A stretch of 29,344 nucleotides of DNA, taken from a virus. Under the pieces are notes generated by a model, which did no database searches, had not been told where the DNA came from, and saw nothing but the letters and a program-made list of their open reading frames with translations. The position numbers and the translations under genes are program-made. The stretch lies in IMG/VR virus record IMGVR_UViG_3300003323_001383; one strand, written 5' to 3'. Shown here piece by piece: positions 1-7,146 of the stretch (the stretch's first letter is position 1; every line of letters starts with the position of its first letter).

Positions 1-27
1 AAGTTCCGGCCGCCTCCGGAGGGGCGC

Positions 28-405
28 TCACGACTCCATGACCGCGAGGAGGAGCTCCAGCCTCCTCATTTTCTCGGACGAGAGGGCGTCCAGTATGGCC
101 TCCTCCTCGATGAACGGCTCGTGCTGGGAGTCCGAGCGGAGGCGGGAAGAGACGATCTGGGCCGCCTTCTCGTCCGAGACGCGCTCGCTGACGAGGTCGT
201 AGCCGTCGTTCCCGTTCGGGGTCGGCGTCCTCCTCCACCAGGAGCCGCCCTTCCAGTCGACGCAGCTCTCGGCCGACAGGAGGCGGACGCCGAGCCTCTC
301 GGCCTCCAGGGTGAGCCACTCCCCGTCGTCGGACGGGTCGACGTGGAGCTCTATCGGGTCCGTCGAGGAGATGCCGTCCACGACGTCTATGGAGAGGATT
401 CTCAC
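28..405 (-). CDS. hypothetical protein; GTG start abutting tRNA-Glu; C-terminus ...LLLAVMES
   Basis: 125-aa ORF; reverse complement of 28-60 encodes LELLLAVMES*; a member of the recurrent VME[S/T]-terminal set. Confidence 0.5.
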   Translation of the reverse strand: MRILSIDVVDGISSTDPIELHVDPSDDGEWLTLEAERLGVRLLSAESCVDWKGGSWWRRTPTPNGNDGYDLVSERVSDEKAAQIVSSRLRSDSQHEPFIEEEAILDALSSEKMRRLELLLAVMES

Positions 406-477
406 GGCCCGTTCTTCTAGCGGCTAGGAAGACGCCCTTTCAAGGCGTTAACGCGGGTTCGATTCCCGCACGGGTCA
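406..477 (+). tRNA. tRNA-Glu(TTC)
   Basis: acceptor ggcccgt/acgggtc (one G-U), anticodon arm acgcc-cTTTCaa-ggcgt, T arm gcggg-ttcgatt-cccgc. Confidence 0.85.
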
Positions 478-485
478 CAGCTTAC

Positions 486-557
486 GCCGGCTTAGCAATC
501 CAGGGAATGCACGCGCTTCGTAAGCGCGAGAGGCGGGTTCGAGTCCCGCAGCCGGCT
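486..557 (+). tRNA. tRNA-Thr(CGT)
   Basis: acceptor gccggct/agccggc, anticodon arm cgcgc-ttCGTaa-gcgcg, T arm gcggg-ttcgagt-cccgc. Confidence 0.8.
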
Positions 558-573
558 CTCTGTAATTTCGGAC

Positions 574-984
574 GTGGTCAAGTCGCTAGTGGACGAGACG
601 GAGAGGTTCCTGGACGTCATGGGGTCCTCCGGGGTGTTCGTCCTCGCCAGGATCCCCTGCCCCGACGGCGACCCCGTCGAGGTCAGGCTCATCCGGCGAA
701 AGGACGGGTCGGGGTTCGCCATGACGGTCAAGAGGGGCGAGGCGGGCCTCCTCTCGGACTACTGGCCCGCGTACGAGCACGGCTCCTGGTTCGTCAGCGA
801 CCTGACGGACAAGGACGGGAGGGTGACGACGATCCGGGGGCTCAGCCCCGAGCGTGTCGCCCAGTACGTCCACGAGGACGCGAAGAAGGCGGGGGTGGAG
901 GTCGACCGCCTAGCCCTCGCCGAGGCCATCTCCGACGAGATGATGCTCCGAATGTCGGCCGTCGCCGACGTCCTCCTGAGCTAG
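574..984 (+). CDS. hypothetical protein (136 aa, GTG start)
   Basis: ORF immediately downstream of the tRNA pair; no recognisable motif. Confidence 0.45.
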   Translation: MVKSLVDETERFLDVMGSSGVFVLARIPCPDGDPVEVRLIRRKDGSGFAMTVKRGEAGLLSDYWPAYEHGSWFVSDLTDKDGRVTTIRGLSPERVAQYVHEDAKKAGVEVDRLALAEAISDEMMLRMSAVADVLLS

Positions 985-1682
985 CACTGGTTCCAGCTCA
1001 TCCCGTGGAGGAACCCGTGCCACCCGTCGACCGCGATGGAGCCGGCGCCGGCCGCGCAGGTGTGGCCACCCTTCCCGACGTGCAGGGTCCCGTCCTCCGG
1101 GCTCCCGGAGATGACCCAGCACCGGTGGGTCTTCTCCTCCCTCATGGTGCAGTTGGACGCCCGTCCGCAGACGTCCCAGTCCACGCCGTTCGGGGTCACG
1201 CCGCGGAGGTGCCTCCCGTCGCAGTTGTCCCAGGCCCAGCAGTGGCCCGGCTCGTGCGAGTCTGACCAGTAGACGTCGCCGGGCTCCGGGCGCCCCGAGG
1301 GCGTGTCGAAGAGCTTCGACGAGGAGACCTGGCGGTTCACTATCTCCCCGGACTGGCCGACCTCCGAGGGGGTCGAGGAGGGAGGGACGGGCGCCCCGCA
1401 ATGGTCGCACTTCGTCGGCCATGCCTCTTCGGGGAAGTCGCCCTCCTCCCCGAAGGACTCCGGGACGGCCTCGGGGAACAGGTAGTCTCGGATGACGGCA
1501 GTGGCGTTGTGGCCGCCGGAGTGGCCCCGCCCGTAGGCGTTCGGGCAGGTGTTCTGGTAGTCGTACCTCGGGTGCCCCTCCGGGCACTGGTCGCACGGAG
1601 CGACGGAGCTGACGATGGCCCGGTCCCAGTAGACGCGGAGCTCGGAGCGCACGCCGACCCTTCGGATTAGCCTGGCCTTCAT
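981..1682 (-). CDS. hypothetical Cys/His/Trp-rich protein (~233 aa from the MKARLIRR start)
   Basis: minus-strand ORF inside 981..1799; many C/H/W residues (CDQCPEGH, CDHCG, HCWAWDNC); function not recognisable, the start is uncertain. Confidence 0.4.
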   Translation of the reverse strand: MKARLIRRVGVRSELRVYWDRAIVSSVAPCDQCPEGHPRYDYQNTCPNAYGRGHSGGHNATAVIRDYLFPEAVPESFGEEGDFPEEAWPTKCDHCGAPVPPSSTPSEVGQSGEIVNRQVSSSKLFDTPSGRPEPGDVYWSDSHEPGHCWAWDNCDGRHLRGVTPNGVDWDVCGRASNCTMREEKTHRCWVISGSPEDGTLHVGKGGHTCAAGAGSIAVDGWHGFLHGMSWNQC

Positions 1683-1720
1683 GCGGAGGCCGCCCGATAG
1701 GAGGTGTACTCTCCTCGAAT

Positions 1721-1956
1721 GACCCCGTAGCCTAGAGGAAAGGCACGGCCAAAAACGGAAGCCGCACTCGAAAGAGGGGCCGCTGGAGGGGGCGAGCACA
1801 AGACCGCACGGCGTCGCCGGGGCGGCCCTCTACTCGCCCTGACCTGGACCGAGGTTGCGGATGCACCGAATGGCACGGAGCTCCCGGGTCGCTAGGGAAG
1901 CGCGTTTCCTACATGGTCCTTTGCGGTCGACGCGGGTTCGAGTCCCGCCGGGGTCG
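1721..1956 (+). ncRNA. composite tRNA-like element: canonical tRNA 5' acceptor and D arm, an expanded anticodon region, a ~150-nt structured insertion, then a T arm and matching 3' acceptor
   Basis: 5' gaccccg-ta-gcct-agaggaa-aggc matches the 5' halves of other tRNAs here; the 3' end gcggg-ttcgagt-cccgc-cggggtc pairs 7/7 with the 5' acceptor; cggcc...ggccg could close a 29-nt anticodon loop; the insert has internal helices (gggcgag/ctcgccc). Confidence 0.4.
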
Positions 1957-1962
1957 CAGTCC

Positions 1963-1991
1963 CTCCATCGCGCGCTGGCCGCGCGGTGGAG
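1963..1991 (+). promoter_or_regulatory. 12-bp stem / 5-nt loop hairpin (ctccatcgcgcg-ctggc-cgcgcggtggag), followed by a locally AT-rich stretch
   Basis: inverted repeat with one mismatch, read directly from the sequence; no U-tract immediately after it, so its terminator role is uncertain. Confidence 0.3.
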
Positions 1992-2083
1992 GGAGTAGTA
2001 CTCGAAATAGGTCACGATCTCGTTGATCCTCACATAATTTTTAGTATCGGAAGTGCCCGAGTGGTCGGTCACATTTTTGTCAC

Positions 2084-2156
2084 GGCCAGGTAGCTCAGTT
2101 GGAAGAGCGGTGCACTGAAAATGCACGCGTCGCGGGTTCGACTCCCGCCCTGCGCC
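2084..2156 (+). tRNA. tRNA-Phe(GAA)
   Basis: D arm tagctcagttggaagagc, anticodon arm gtgca-ctGAAaa-tgcac, T arm gcggg-ttcgact-cccgc; the acceptor has two mismatches. Confidence 0.7.
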
Positions 2157-2196
2157 ACAGGGTGCCGGTGCCCTTCCGAAAGGAGAAGCCGGCTAT

Positions 2197-2279
2197 GCTC
2201 AGGTGGTGGAATGGCAGTCACGCCGGCTTGAGGTGCCGGTGACGGAAACGTCGTGCGGGTTCGACTCCCGCCCTGAGCA
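2197..2279 (+). tRNA. tRNA-Leu(GAG)
   Basis: acceptor gctcagg/cctgagc, anticodon arm ccggc-ttGAGgt-gccgg, long variable arm, T arm gcggg-ttcgact-cccgc. Confidence 0.85.
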
Positions 2280-2285
2280 CTCTTG

Positions 2286-2368
2286 CCGAGGTGGTGGAAC
2301 TGGCAGTCACGCTGCGTTCAGACCGCAGTGCCCGAAAGGGCGTGGAGGTTCGACTCCTCTCCTCGGCA
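2286..2368 (+). tRNA. tRNA-Leu(CAG)
   Basis: acceptor gccgagg/cctcggc, anticodon arm ctgcg-ttCAGac-cgcag, long variable arm tgcccgaaagggcgt, T arm ggagg-ttcgact-cctct. Confidence 0.85.
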
Positions 2369-2374
2369 CGAACT

Positions 2375-2448
2375 GGAGGTTGACTGGGACGGTTAGACCT
2401 GGCTGCCCTGATAAGGCAGTAGACCGAGTTCGATTCTCGGAGCCTCCA
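2375..2448 (+). tRNA. tRNA-Ile(GAT), followed by a genome-encoded CCA
   Basis: acceptor ggaggtt/agcctcc (G-U), anticodon arm ctgcc-ctGATaa-ggcag, T arm ccgag-ttcgatt-ctcgg, then a-cca; I could not fold the D arm canonically. Confidence 0.55.
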
Positions 2449-2449
2449 C

Positions 2450-2521
2450 CAGGGATAAGGCTCAAGGTGGGCCGCCGGCTTGGGGTGTCGGTGCAGGCGG
2501 GTTCGATTCCCGCATCCCTGA
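2450..2521 (+). tRNA. tRNA-Pro(GGG)
   Basis: acceptor cagggat/atccctg, anticodon arm ccggc-ttGGGgt-gtcgg, T arm gcggg-ttcgatt-cccgc; starts inside the previous CCA. Confidence 0.75.
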
Positions 2522-2525
2522 CGAC

Positions 2526-2593
2526 GGGGACGTGTGACGGGTCACGGCCTTCCCCCGCAAGGAGGGCTCGCGGGTTCGACTCCCGACGTCTCC
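2526..2593 (+). tRNA. short, non-canonical tRNA-like gene with anticodon CGC (Ala); reduced D arm and 7-bp anticodon stem
   Basis: 5' ggggacg / 3' cgtctcc-a; hairpin gtgac-gg-gtcac in place of a normal D arm; gccttcc-ccCGCaa-ggagggc; T arm cggg-ttcgact-cccg; only ~67 nt. Confidence 0.4.
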
Positions 2594-2603
2594 ACTCACT
2601 TCT

Positions 2604-2677
2604 CTGGGCGTGGCTCAACCTGGTAGAGCACCGGCTTCGGGTGCCGGGGATTGTGGGTTCGAATCCCGCCGCCCAGA
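2604..2677 (+). tRNA. tRNA-Pro(CGG)
   Basis: acceptor ctgggcg/cgcccag, D arm gctc-aacctggta-gagc, anticodon arm ccggc-ttCGGgt-gccgg, T arm gtggg-ttcgaat-cccgc. Confidence 0.85.
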
Positions 2678-2685
2678 CTGTTTCG

Positions 2686-2757
2686 CGAGACGAGGTAGCA
2701 GGTGACACCACCGCCTTGACAAGGCGGCCACGCCGGGTTCGATACCCGGGTCTCGCA
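2686..2757 (+). tRNA. tRNA-Val(GAC)
   Basis: acceptor gcgagac/gtctcgc, anticodon arm ccgcc-ttGACaa-ggcgg, T arm ccggg-ttcgata-cccgg. Confidence 0.85.
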
Positions 2758-2759
2758 CG

Positions 2760-2821
2760 AGGTCGCGCCCAGCGAAGGGCGGTCACACAAGCAAATGGAG
2801 GTTCGAGTCCTCCCGTCCCCA
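2760..2821 (+). pseudogene. orphan tRNA 3' half (insert-end motif, T arm, acceptor) with no adjacent 5' half
   Basis: gcccagcgaagggc hairpin, then gtcacacaagcaaatggaggttcgagtcctcc-cgtcccc-a, which aligns with the insert-end and T-arm segment of the interrupted tRNA at 11554-11682; the only upstream complement, ggggacg, is at 2526. Confidence 0.4.
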
Positions 2822-2843
2822 CGAGCCCGCGAGGGCCACCCAC

Positions 2844-2906
2844 GGGGATGTAGCCGAAATGGAATAGGCAACGATATTGAAAATCGTCAACATATCCCGA
2901 TCCCCA
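2844..2906 (+). pseudogene. AT-rich tRNA-Ser(TGA)-like fragment lacking a recognisable T arm
   Basis: ggggatg-ta-gcc-gaaatggaata-ggc-a-acgat-atTGAaa-atcgt, then caacatatccc and gatcccc-a; local GC far below the window average. Confidence 0.3.
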
Positions 2907-2927
2907 CATCGGGCGCGACCCAGCTCT

Positions 2928-3497
2928 TTAGAGGACGAAGTCCTCCGCCAGGGCCTCCCGCAGGCGCGAGATGGTCCGGGCGTGTATCTGCGAGATGCGG
3001 GGCTCGGACACGCCGAGCTCGGCCGCTATGGAGCGATAGTCCACGCCGTGGACGTGGTGGGAGACGAAGATGTGGCGCTCGCGCCACGGGAGGAGGTCGA
3101 CGAGTTCCCAGACCTTCGACAGGGCGAGGGCCGCCGCGGTCCTTGCCTCGACGTCGTCGCCCGACATTGCGTCCTCGAGCGACCTGTGCCCGGAGTCGAC
3201 GAGGACGTGGACCGCCCTGTCCGGGTCGCCCTTGGCCCTCATGCGGTGGTGCCTCGGCATCCAGTCCTTCGTCCGCAGGTCGTCCTTTATGGCGCCGCGG
3301 ATCCTTATCCTCGCGTAGGCCCCGAAGTTCTCGCAGTCGGGGTGGAGGCGCGCCGCGTCCCAGAGGCCGGACATCGCGGCCGCGTGGAGGTCGTCGTACA
3401 TGATGTGCGCCGGAAGGCGCCGCTTGAACCCGAGCGCGATGCTGCGGGCGAGGTGTGCGTGGTCCTTCATGAGGATCGAGACGCGATACTCGTTCAC
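2928..3497 (-). CDS. RNA polymerase sigma factor, FliA/WhiG (sigma-28) family
   Basis: region-2-like RLPAHIMYDDLHAAAMSGLWDAARLHP...YARIRIRGAIKDDLRTKDWMPR parallels the E. coli FliA region RLPASVDVDDL...ASWRIRGAMLDELRSRDWVPR; C-terminal region-4 HTH DYRSIAAELGVSEPRISQIHARTISRLRE. Confidence 0.85.
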   Translation of the reverse strand: MNEYRVSILMKDHAHLARSIALGFKRRLPAHIMYDDLHAAAMSGLWDAARLHPDCENFGAYARIRIRGAIKDDLRTKDWMPRHHRMRAKGDPDRAVHVLVDSGHRSLEDAMSGDDVEARTAAALALSKVWELVDLLPWRERHIFVSHHVHGVDYRSIAAELGVSEPRISQIHARTISRLREALAEDFVL

Positions 3498-3560
3498 CCC
3501 TTAAGGATAGCATTCGTCAACCCTTACGATAAGGTATTCTCCAAAAGCTTGTGGGCGGCC
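3498..3560 (-). promoter_or_regulatory. AT-richer upstream region of the sigma-factor gene with a TTGACG -35-like hexamer
   Basis: minus-strand reading gggTTGACGaatgctatccttaagggGTG; GC drops locally; no clean -10 hexamer identified. Confidence 0.25.
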
Positions 3561-3587
3561 GTAGCACAGCCGTTGCCGCCCTGACAC

Positions 3588-3659
3588 CGGGACGTAGCCT
3601 AGAGGCAAGGCGCATGTTTTGGGTACATGCTCACGCAGGTTCGACTCCTGTCGTCCCGA
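3588..3659 (+). tRNA. tRNA-Pro(TGG)
   Basis: acceptor cgggacg/cgtcccg, D arm gcct-agaggca-aggc, anticodon arm catgt-ttTGGgt-acatg, T arm gcagg-ttcgact-cctgt. Confidence 0.85.
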
Positions 3660-3661
3660 CT

Positions 3662-3734
3662 GTGGCCGTAGCCAAGCGGTTAAGGCGGTCGGTTGTGGTC
3701 CGACTATTCGCGGGTTCGAATCCCGCCGGTCACC
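3662..3734 (+). tRNA. tRNA-His(GTG)
   Basis: acceptor gtggccg/cggtcac (G-U), anticodon arm gtcgg-ttGTGgt-ccgac, T arm gcggg-ttcgaat-cccgc. Confidence 0.8.
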
Positions 3735-3753
3735 CAGAGTGTAGTCTAGGTCG

Positions 3754-4035
3754 GTGTCGTCAGCGAAGGTCCAGGTCGTGGTCGTCGACCACAGGAGAAA
3801 GAGGAGGGAGGGATCCGGGACCCTCGGCGTCCTCCTCGTCGAGTACCCCTACTCGGCGTACGTGCTCCAGAACCCCGCCATCAGCGGGCGCGGGAACACG
3901 GAGGAGGAGGCCGTGGAGGCCGTAAGGAAGGCCCTCCTGACCGTAGACAAGTTCGACCTCGGCAAGGAGTCCCGGAAGGTCGTCGAGCTCGACATCGCCG
4001 ACGAGATGACGGTCCGCGACGTGATGGAGGGATAG
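3754..4035 (+). CDS. HicB-like / UPF0150-family small protein; C-terminus ...RDVMEG
   Basis: GVLLVEYPYSAYVLQNPAISGRGNTEEEAVEAVRKAL resembles the HicB antitoxin fold (Y-x-A-x-V-P...G-x-T-x-E-E-A); the start (GTG at 3754) is uncertain. Confidence 0.5.
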   Translation: MSSAKVQVVVVDHRRKRREGSGTLGVLLVEYPYSAYVLQNPAISGRGNTEEEAVEAVRKALLTVDKFDLGKESRKVVELDIADEMTVRDVMEG

Positions 4036-4036
4036 G

Positions 4037-4642
4037 ATGGACGACTCGGAGATCAAGGTTACGCCGGCCCAGAGGCTGGCCGCCCAGGTGCTGGACGCCT
4101 TCACCCGGAAGGACGTCCCGGGCCTGGAGGACATGGACCCGAAGGACCCGTTCGCCGTCATGACCAAGGCGAGCGAGTCTCTGTTCACGCTCACGATGGA
4201 CCTCCTGAGGCGCTCCGGCGGACCGGTCGGGGAGATGTGCTCCTACGCCTGGGACGTCTTCCACCACGGCCACGTGCAACTTGCGGTCGGGCCCGAGGTC
4301 CCGTCCCTCCACGTCGCCATCGTCGGGACGGCCAAGGAGGCCCGGTGCCTCGTGTTTGTCCCCCACGGTTGGCCCGACATGATCAAGGAGGCGCCCCTCA
4401 TGCAGGCGGGGGCCATCGTCTTCACGGCGTCCCAGGTCGTCGACTTCTACAACGGCATGTACCCTCCGAAGACCCCGTCCTCCAGGATCCAAGAGCGGGC
4501 GTCCGCCTTCGAGGCGGAGTTCCTGAGGGACGCCGACATCTCCTCCCTGAACGAGTACCAGAGGGGCGTCGTGGCGAGGAACAAGCCGGGAGGCCTGGCG
4601 AAGATGACCTACGTCCGCCGGCCGATGGCCGGGAAGAACTGA
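4037..4642 (+). CDS. hypothetical protein (201 aa)
   Basis: ATG preceded by ggaggga; overlaps the previous stop (ATGGAGGGATAGGATGG), suggesting translational coupling. Confidence 0.6.
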   Translation: MDDSEIKVTPAQRLAAQVLDAFTRKDVPGLEDMDPKDPFAVMTKASESLFTLTMDLLRRSGGPVGEMCSYAWDVFHHGHVQLAVGPEVPSLHVAIVGTAKEARCLVFVPHGWPDMIKEAPLMQAGAIVFTASQVVDFYNGMYPPKTPSSRIQERASAFEAEFLRDADISSLNEYQRGVVARNKPGGLAKMTYVRRPMAGKN

Positions 4643-4705
4643 ACCGCCGAGCCCGTAGGGCGCCATCCCGGCGCCCGCAGGGCAAGGCCTGAAGGAGATA
4701 CTGAG

Positions 4706-6730
4706 ATGAACAACGAGAGCATGGGGGCGGCCGAGACCATCGTCCAGTCCCTTCTGTCCCACGCGGACCACATGTACCACAACCGTCCCGGCGTCGTCGT
4801 CGCGGACGCCCGCTTCAAGGTCGGGGTCCGTTGGGAGTACGTGACGCACCGCGAGAAGTGCCGGACCCACGAGGACGACCCGGTGAGGCCGGAGAAGGAC
4901 GCCGAGGGCAAGAAGACCGGCCGCCTGCTCTGCTCCAAGTGCCAGTCTGACGTCCGGGGGAACGGCCACAGGATCGTCTACCGGAAGGTCAAGGTCGGCA
5001 AGAAGGAGGAGGAGCAGAAGGTGGGCTACCTCGGCCCCGACGGGAAGGACGTCCTCGGCCCGAACGGGCAGAAGGTCGCCGAGTACCGCGAGGCCGGCGT
5101 CTTCCCCGAGATCGCCGTCTGGATGTACGAGCAGGTCGCGAAGGTCTGGGAGCTCGACAACGAGTTCGCCGCCCGCTGGGCGTCGCACGCGTTCGGCGAG
5201 GACCACAAGGACCGGGCCGTGATCATGGCGGCCTTCATGCTCGTCCAGTCCCGCAAGGGGGACCCCGTCCGCGAGGACGGCAAGGTCCTGTTCCACGACG
5301 ACGACTTCCGGGACGTCGGCGAGGCCATGGTCCTGCACCTGAAGGACAAGAGGAAGAAGGACGAGCGCGAGATCTCCCCGCGCATGCTCCTGCGCATTCA
5401 CGAGGTCCTGTCGCTCGACGGGATCGCGGCGGTCAACCGGCGCCTCGGCTTCGGGGTCTCCGCCCGCAGGCCGCCCTTGGGCCGCTGGGCGAAGGCCGTC
5501 GAGAAGTGGCTCCTCTACCGGGAGGAGAACCCGAAGATGCTGGAGGGCCTGGTCAAGTCCGGGCAGAAGTCGACCGTCGTCGAGCTCTGCAAGCGCGTCG
5601 GGTACAAGCCCGCCTCGCCCAGGTTCTTCGAGATCCTCGGCGTCCGGCAGAAGCAGGCGCCGGACGGCAGGCGCACGGTCGCCATCGGCCTCGACATCAG
5701 GTCCGGCGGCTCGTGGGAGGGCATGAGCGAGGAGCAGATCTGCGAGGCGATCGTCAGGGACAAGGTCGGCTACAAGCGGGTGGCCGGCATGGTCCCCAGG
5801 TCCGTCGGCGTCACCCGCGCCGTCATGGCCGCGACGATCGAGGCCGGGGGCGTCTCCGACAAGGAGATGATCATCCTCATGCCGACCCTCGAGGAGCTCG
5901 GGCTCCTGGACGTCCCCTCCGTCAAGGAGAGGATCGAGCGCGCCGTCAAGGGCGCGGACGACATGCGCGCCGCGAACGTCGCGGCCCGGATGCGCTCCCA
6001 GGAGGCGAAGGAGAAGCTCCAGGAGGCCTCGGACAACGCCCTGAAGAAGGCGGTCGAGGAGGTCATGAAGGACATGCGCGCGTACATCCTAGTCGACAAG
6101 TCGGGCTCCATGGAGGGCGCGATCGAGGCGGCGAAGGGATGCGTGACGAAGTTCCTCCAGGGCTTTCCGCCCGAGCGGGTCCACGTGGCGTACTTCGACG
6201 CCGTCGGCCGCGAGGTCAGGATCCCGCACCCGTCCGCGGCCGGGGTCGCCAAGGCCTTCTCCGGCATCACGGCCGGAGGCGGGACCAACTACGGCCAGGG
6301 CGTCCTCGCCCTGAGGGACCACGTCCCGAAGGACGAGGAGGACGTCGTCATGATCTTCATCGGCGACGAGGGCCACGGGATCGGCCGGCTCATCAGGCTC
6401 GGCGAGGGCGACCACCCGTCGTTCGCCGCCGACGTCCAGAGGTCCGGCCTGCGGCCGATGGCGTTCGGGCTCATCCCGATCGTCTCGAAGAACCCGCAGT
6501 TCCCGCGCGGCAACTCCGTCCGGAAGACGGCCGCCGAGCTCGGGATCCCCTGCTTCGAGATCGGCGAGGAGACCTTCGCCGACCCCTACGCCATCCCGAG
6601 GACGATCAGGAACATCATCGCGGCGACCCCGGTCACCGCGAGGGCGACGGCCGCCCCGGTCCGGCGGCAGACCCTGGTCGAGGTCATCATGAAGACCGAG
6701 CTCCTCCGGAAGCCCGCTTGGGCAGCCTGA
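4706..6730 (+). CDS. Ro60/TROVE-like protein with a C-terminal von Willebrand A (vWA) domain and an N-terminal Cys-rich extension
   Basis: AAGGAG RBS 10 nt upstream of the ATG; the C-terminal YILVDKSGSMEG (MIDAS DxSxS)...ITAGGGTNYG...VVMIFIGDEGHG...IPCFEIGEETF...IRNII parallels the human Ro60 vWA region VDVSASM...AGGTDCS...VFIVFTDNETF...CGFDTGALDVIRNF; the N-terminal 130 aa contain CSKCQSD...GHR. Confidence 0.65.
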   Translation: MNNESMGAAETIVQSLLSHADHMYHNRPGVVVADARFKVGVRWEYVTHREKCRTHEDDPVRPEKDAEGKKTGRLLCSKCQSDVRGNGHRIVYRKVKVGKKEEEQKVGYLGPDGKDVLGPNGQKVAEYREAGVFPEIAVWMYEQVAKVWELDNEFAARWASHAFGEDHKDRAVIMAAFMLVQSRKGDPVREDGKVLFHDDDFRDVGEAMVLHLKDKRKKDEREISPRMLLRIHEVLSLDGIAAVNRRLGFGVSARRPPLGRWAKAVEKWLLYREENPKMLEGLVKSGQKSTVVELCKRVGYKPASPRFFEILGVRQKQAPDGRRTVAIGLDIRSGGSWEGMSEEQICEAIVRDKVGYKRVAGMVPRSVGVTRAVMAATIEAGGVSDKEMIILMPTLEELGLLDVPSVKERIERAVKGADDMRAANVAARMRSQEAKEKLQEASDNALKKAVEEVMKDMRAYILVDKSGSMEGAIEAAKGCVTKFLQGFPPERVHVAYFDAVGREVRIPHPSAAGVAKAFSGITAGGGTNYGQGVLALRDHVPKDEEDVVMIFIGDEGHGIGRLIRLGEGDHPSFAADVQRSGLRPMAFGLIPIVSKNPQFPRGNSVRKTAAELGIPCFEIGEETFADPYAIPRTIRNIIAATPVTARATAAPVRRQTLVEVIMKTELLRKPAWAA

Positions 6731-6738
6731 GGCGCACG

Positions 6739-7095
6739 ATGTCGAGGAGGATGGGGCGGGAGCCCCTCCCCTCCCCGGTGTCGCACCGGTCCTACCTCGC
6801 CAGCCCGGCGTTCGGGCTGGCAAGGTCGGGCCGCAGCATCTTCTCGGTCCCGAAGAGGGGGCCGCTCTTCTACGCCGACTTCGAGGCGACGGAGCTCCGG
6901 ATGATGGCCTCCCTGGGCCTCTTCAGGTTCCCGTGCCCCGCCTGCGGAGACCCGCTCCTGGCGAGCGCCCGCTCCGGACGGAGGTCGATGGGGTACCCGC
7001 ACGACCTTGCCGGAAGCCAGGACGACATCCTCGTCCAGCACGCCCTGAAGAAGGGGGACCCCGAGCACGGCGTCCTCCTCGTCATGACGGCGTAG
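6739..7095 (+). CDS. hypothetical small protein with a CPACG motif
   Basis: ATG 9 nt after the previous stop; the same frame extends far upstream as a GC artefact, so support is weak. Confidence 0.3.
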   Translation: MSRRMGREPLPSPVSHRSYLASPAFGLARSGRSIFSVPKRGPLFYADFEATELRMMASLGLFRFPCPACGDPLLASARSGRRSMGYPHDLAGSQDDILVQHALKKGDPEHGVLLVMTA

Positions 7096-7146
7096 GGTTC
7101 CCCGTGCTGCCCGGCTTTCGAATACGTGGCCCCGGCCCCTGACCTC

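Noticed and set aside
1830-2126. 98-aa minus-strand ORF
   Set aside because: It overlaps tRNA-Phe and the 3' half of the tRNA-like element; it has no motif.
2526-2821. tmRNA spanning ggggacg (2526) to the T arm and cgtcccca acceptor (2821)
   Set aside because: The interval contains two complete canonical tRNAs (Pro-CGG, Val-GAC) and no tag-peptide reading frame. The two ends are better explained as a short tRNA-like gene plus an orphan tRNA half.
3881-5401. 506-aa minus-strand ORF
   Set aside because: Antisense to two well-supported + strand genes; the translation is a Leu/Val/Gly/Arg-rich GC artefact.
5506-7095. 529-aa ORF in an alternate frame overlapping the Ro60-like gene
   Set aside because: The translation is Arg/Gly/Pro/Asp-rich low-complexity, typical of off-frame reading in ~70% GC DNA. 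Only its last 118 codons (6739-7095) were kept as a low-confidence gene.
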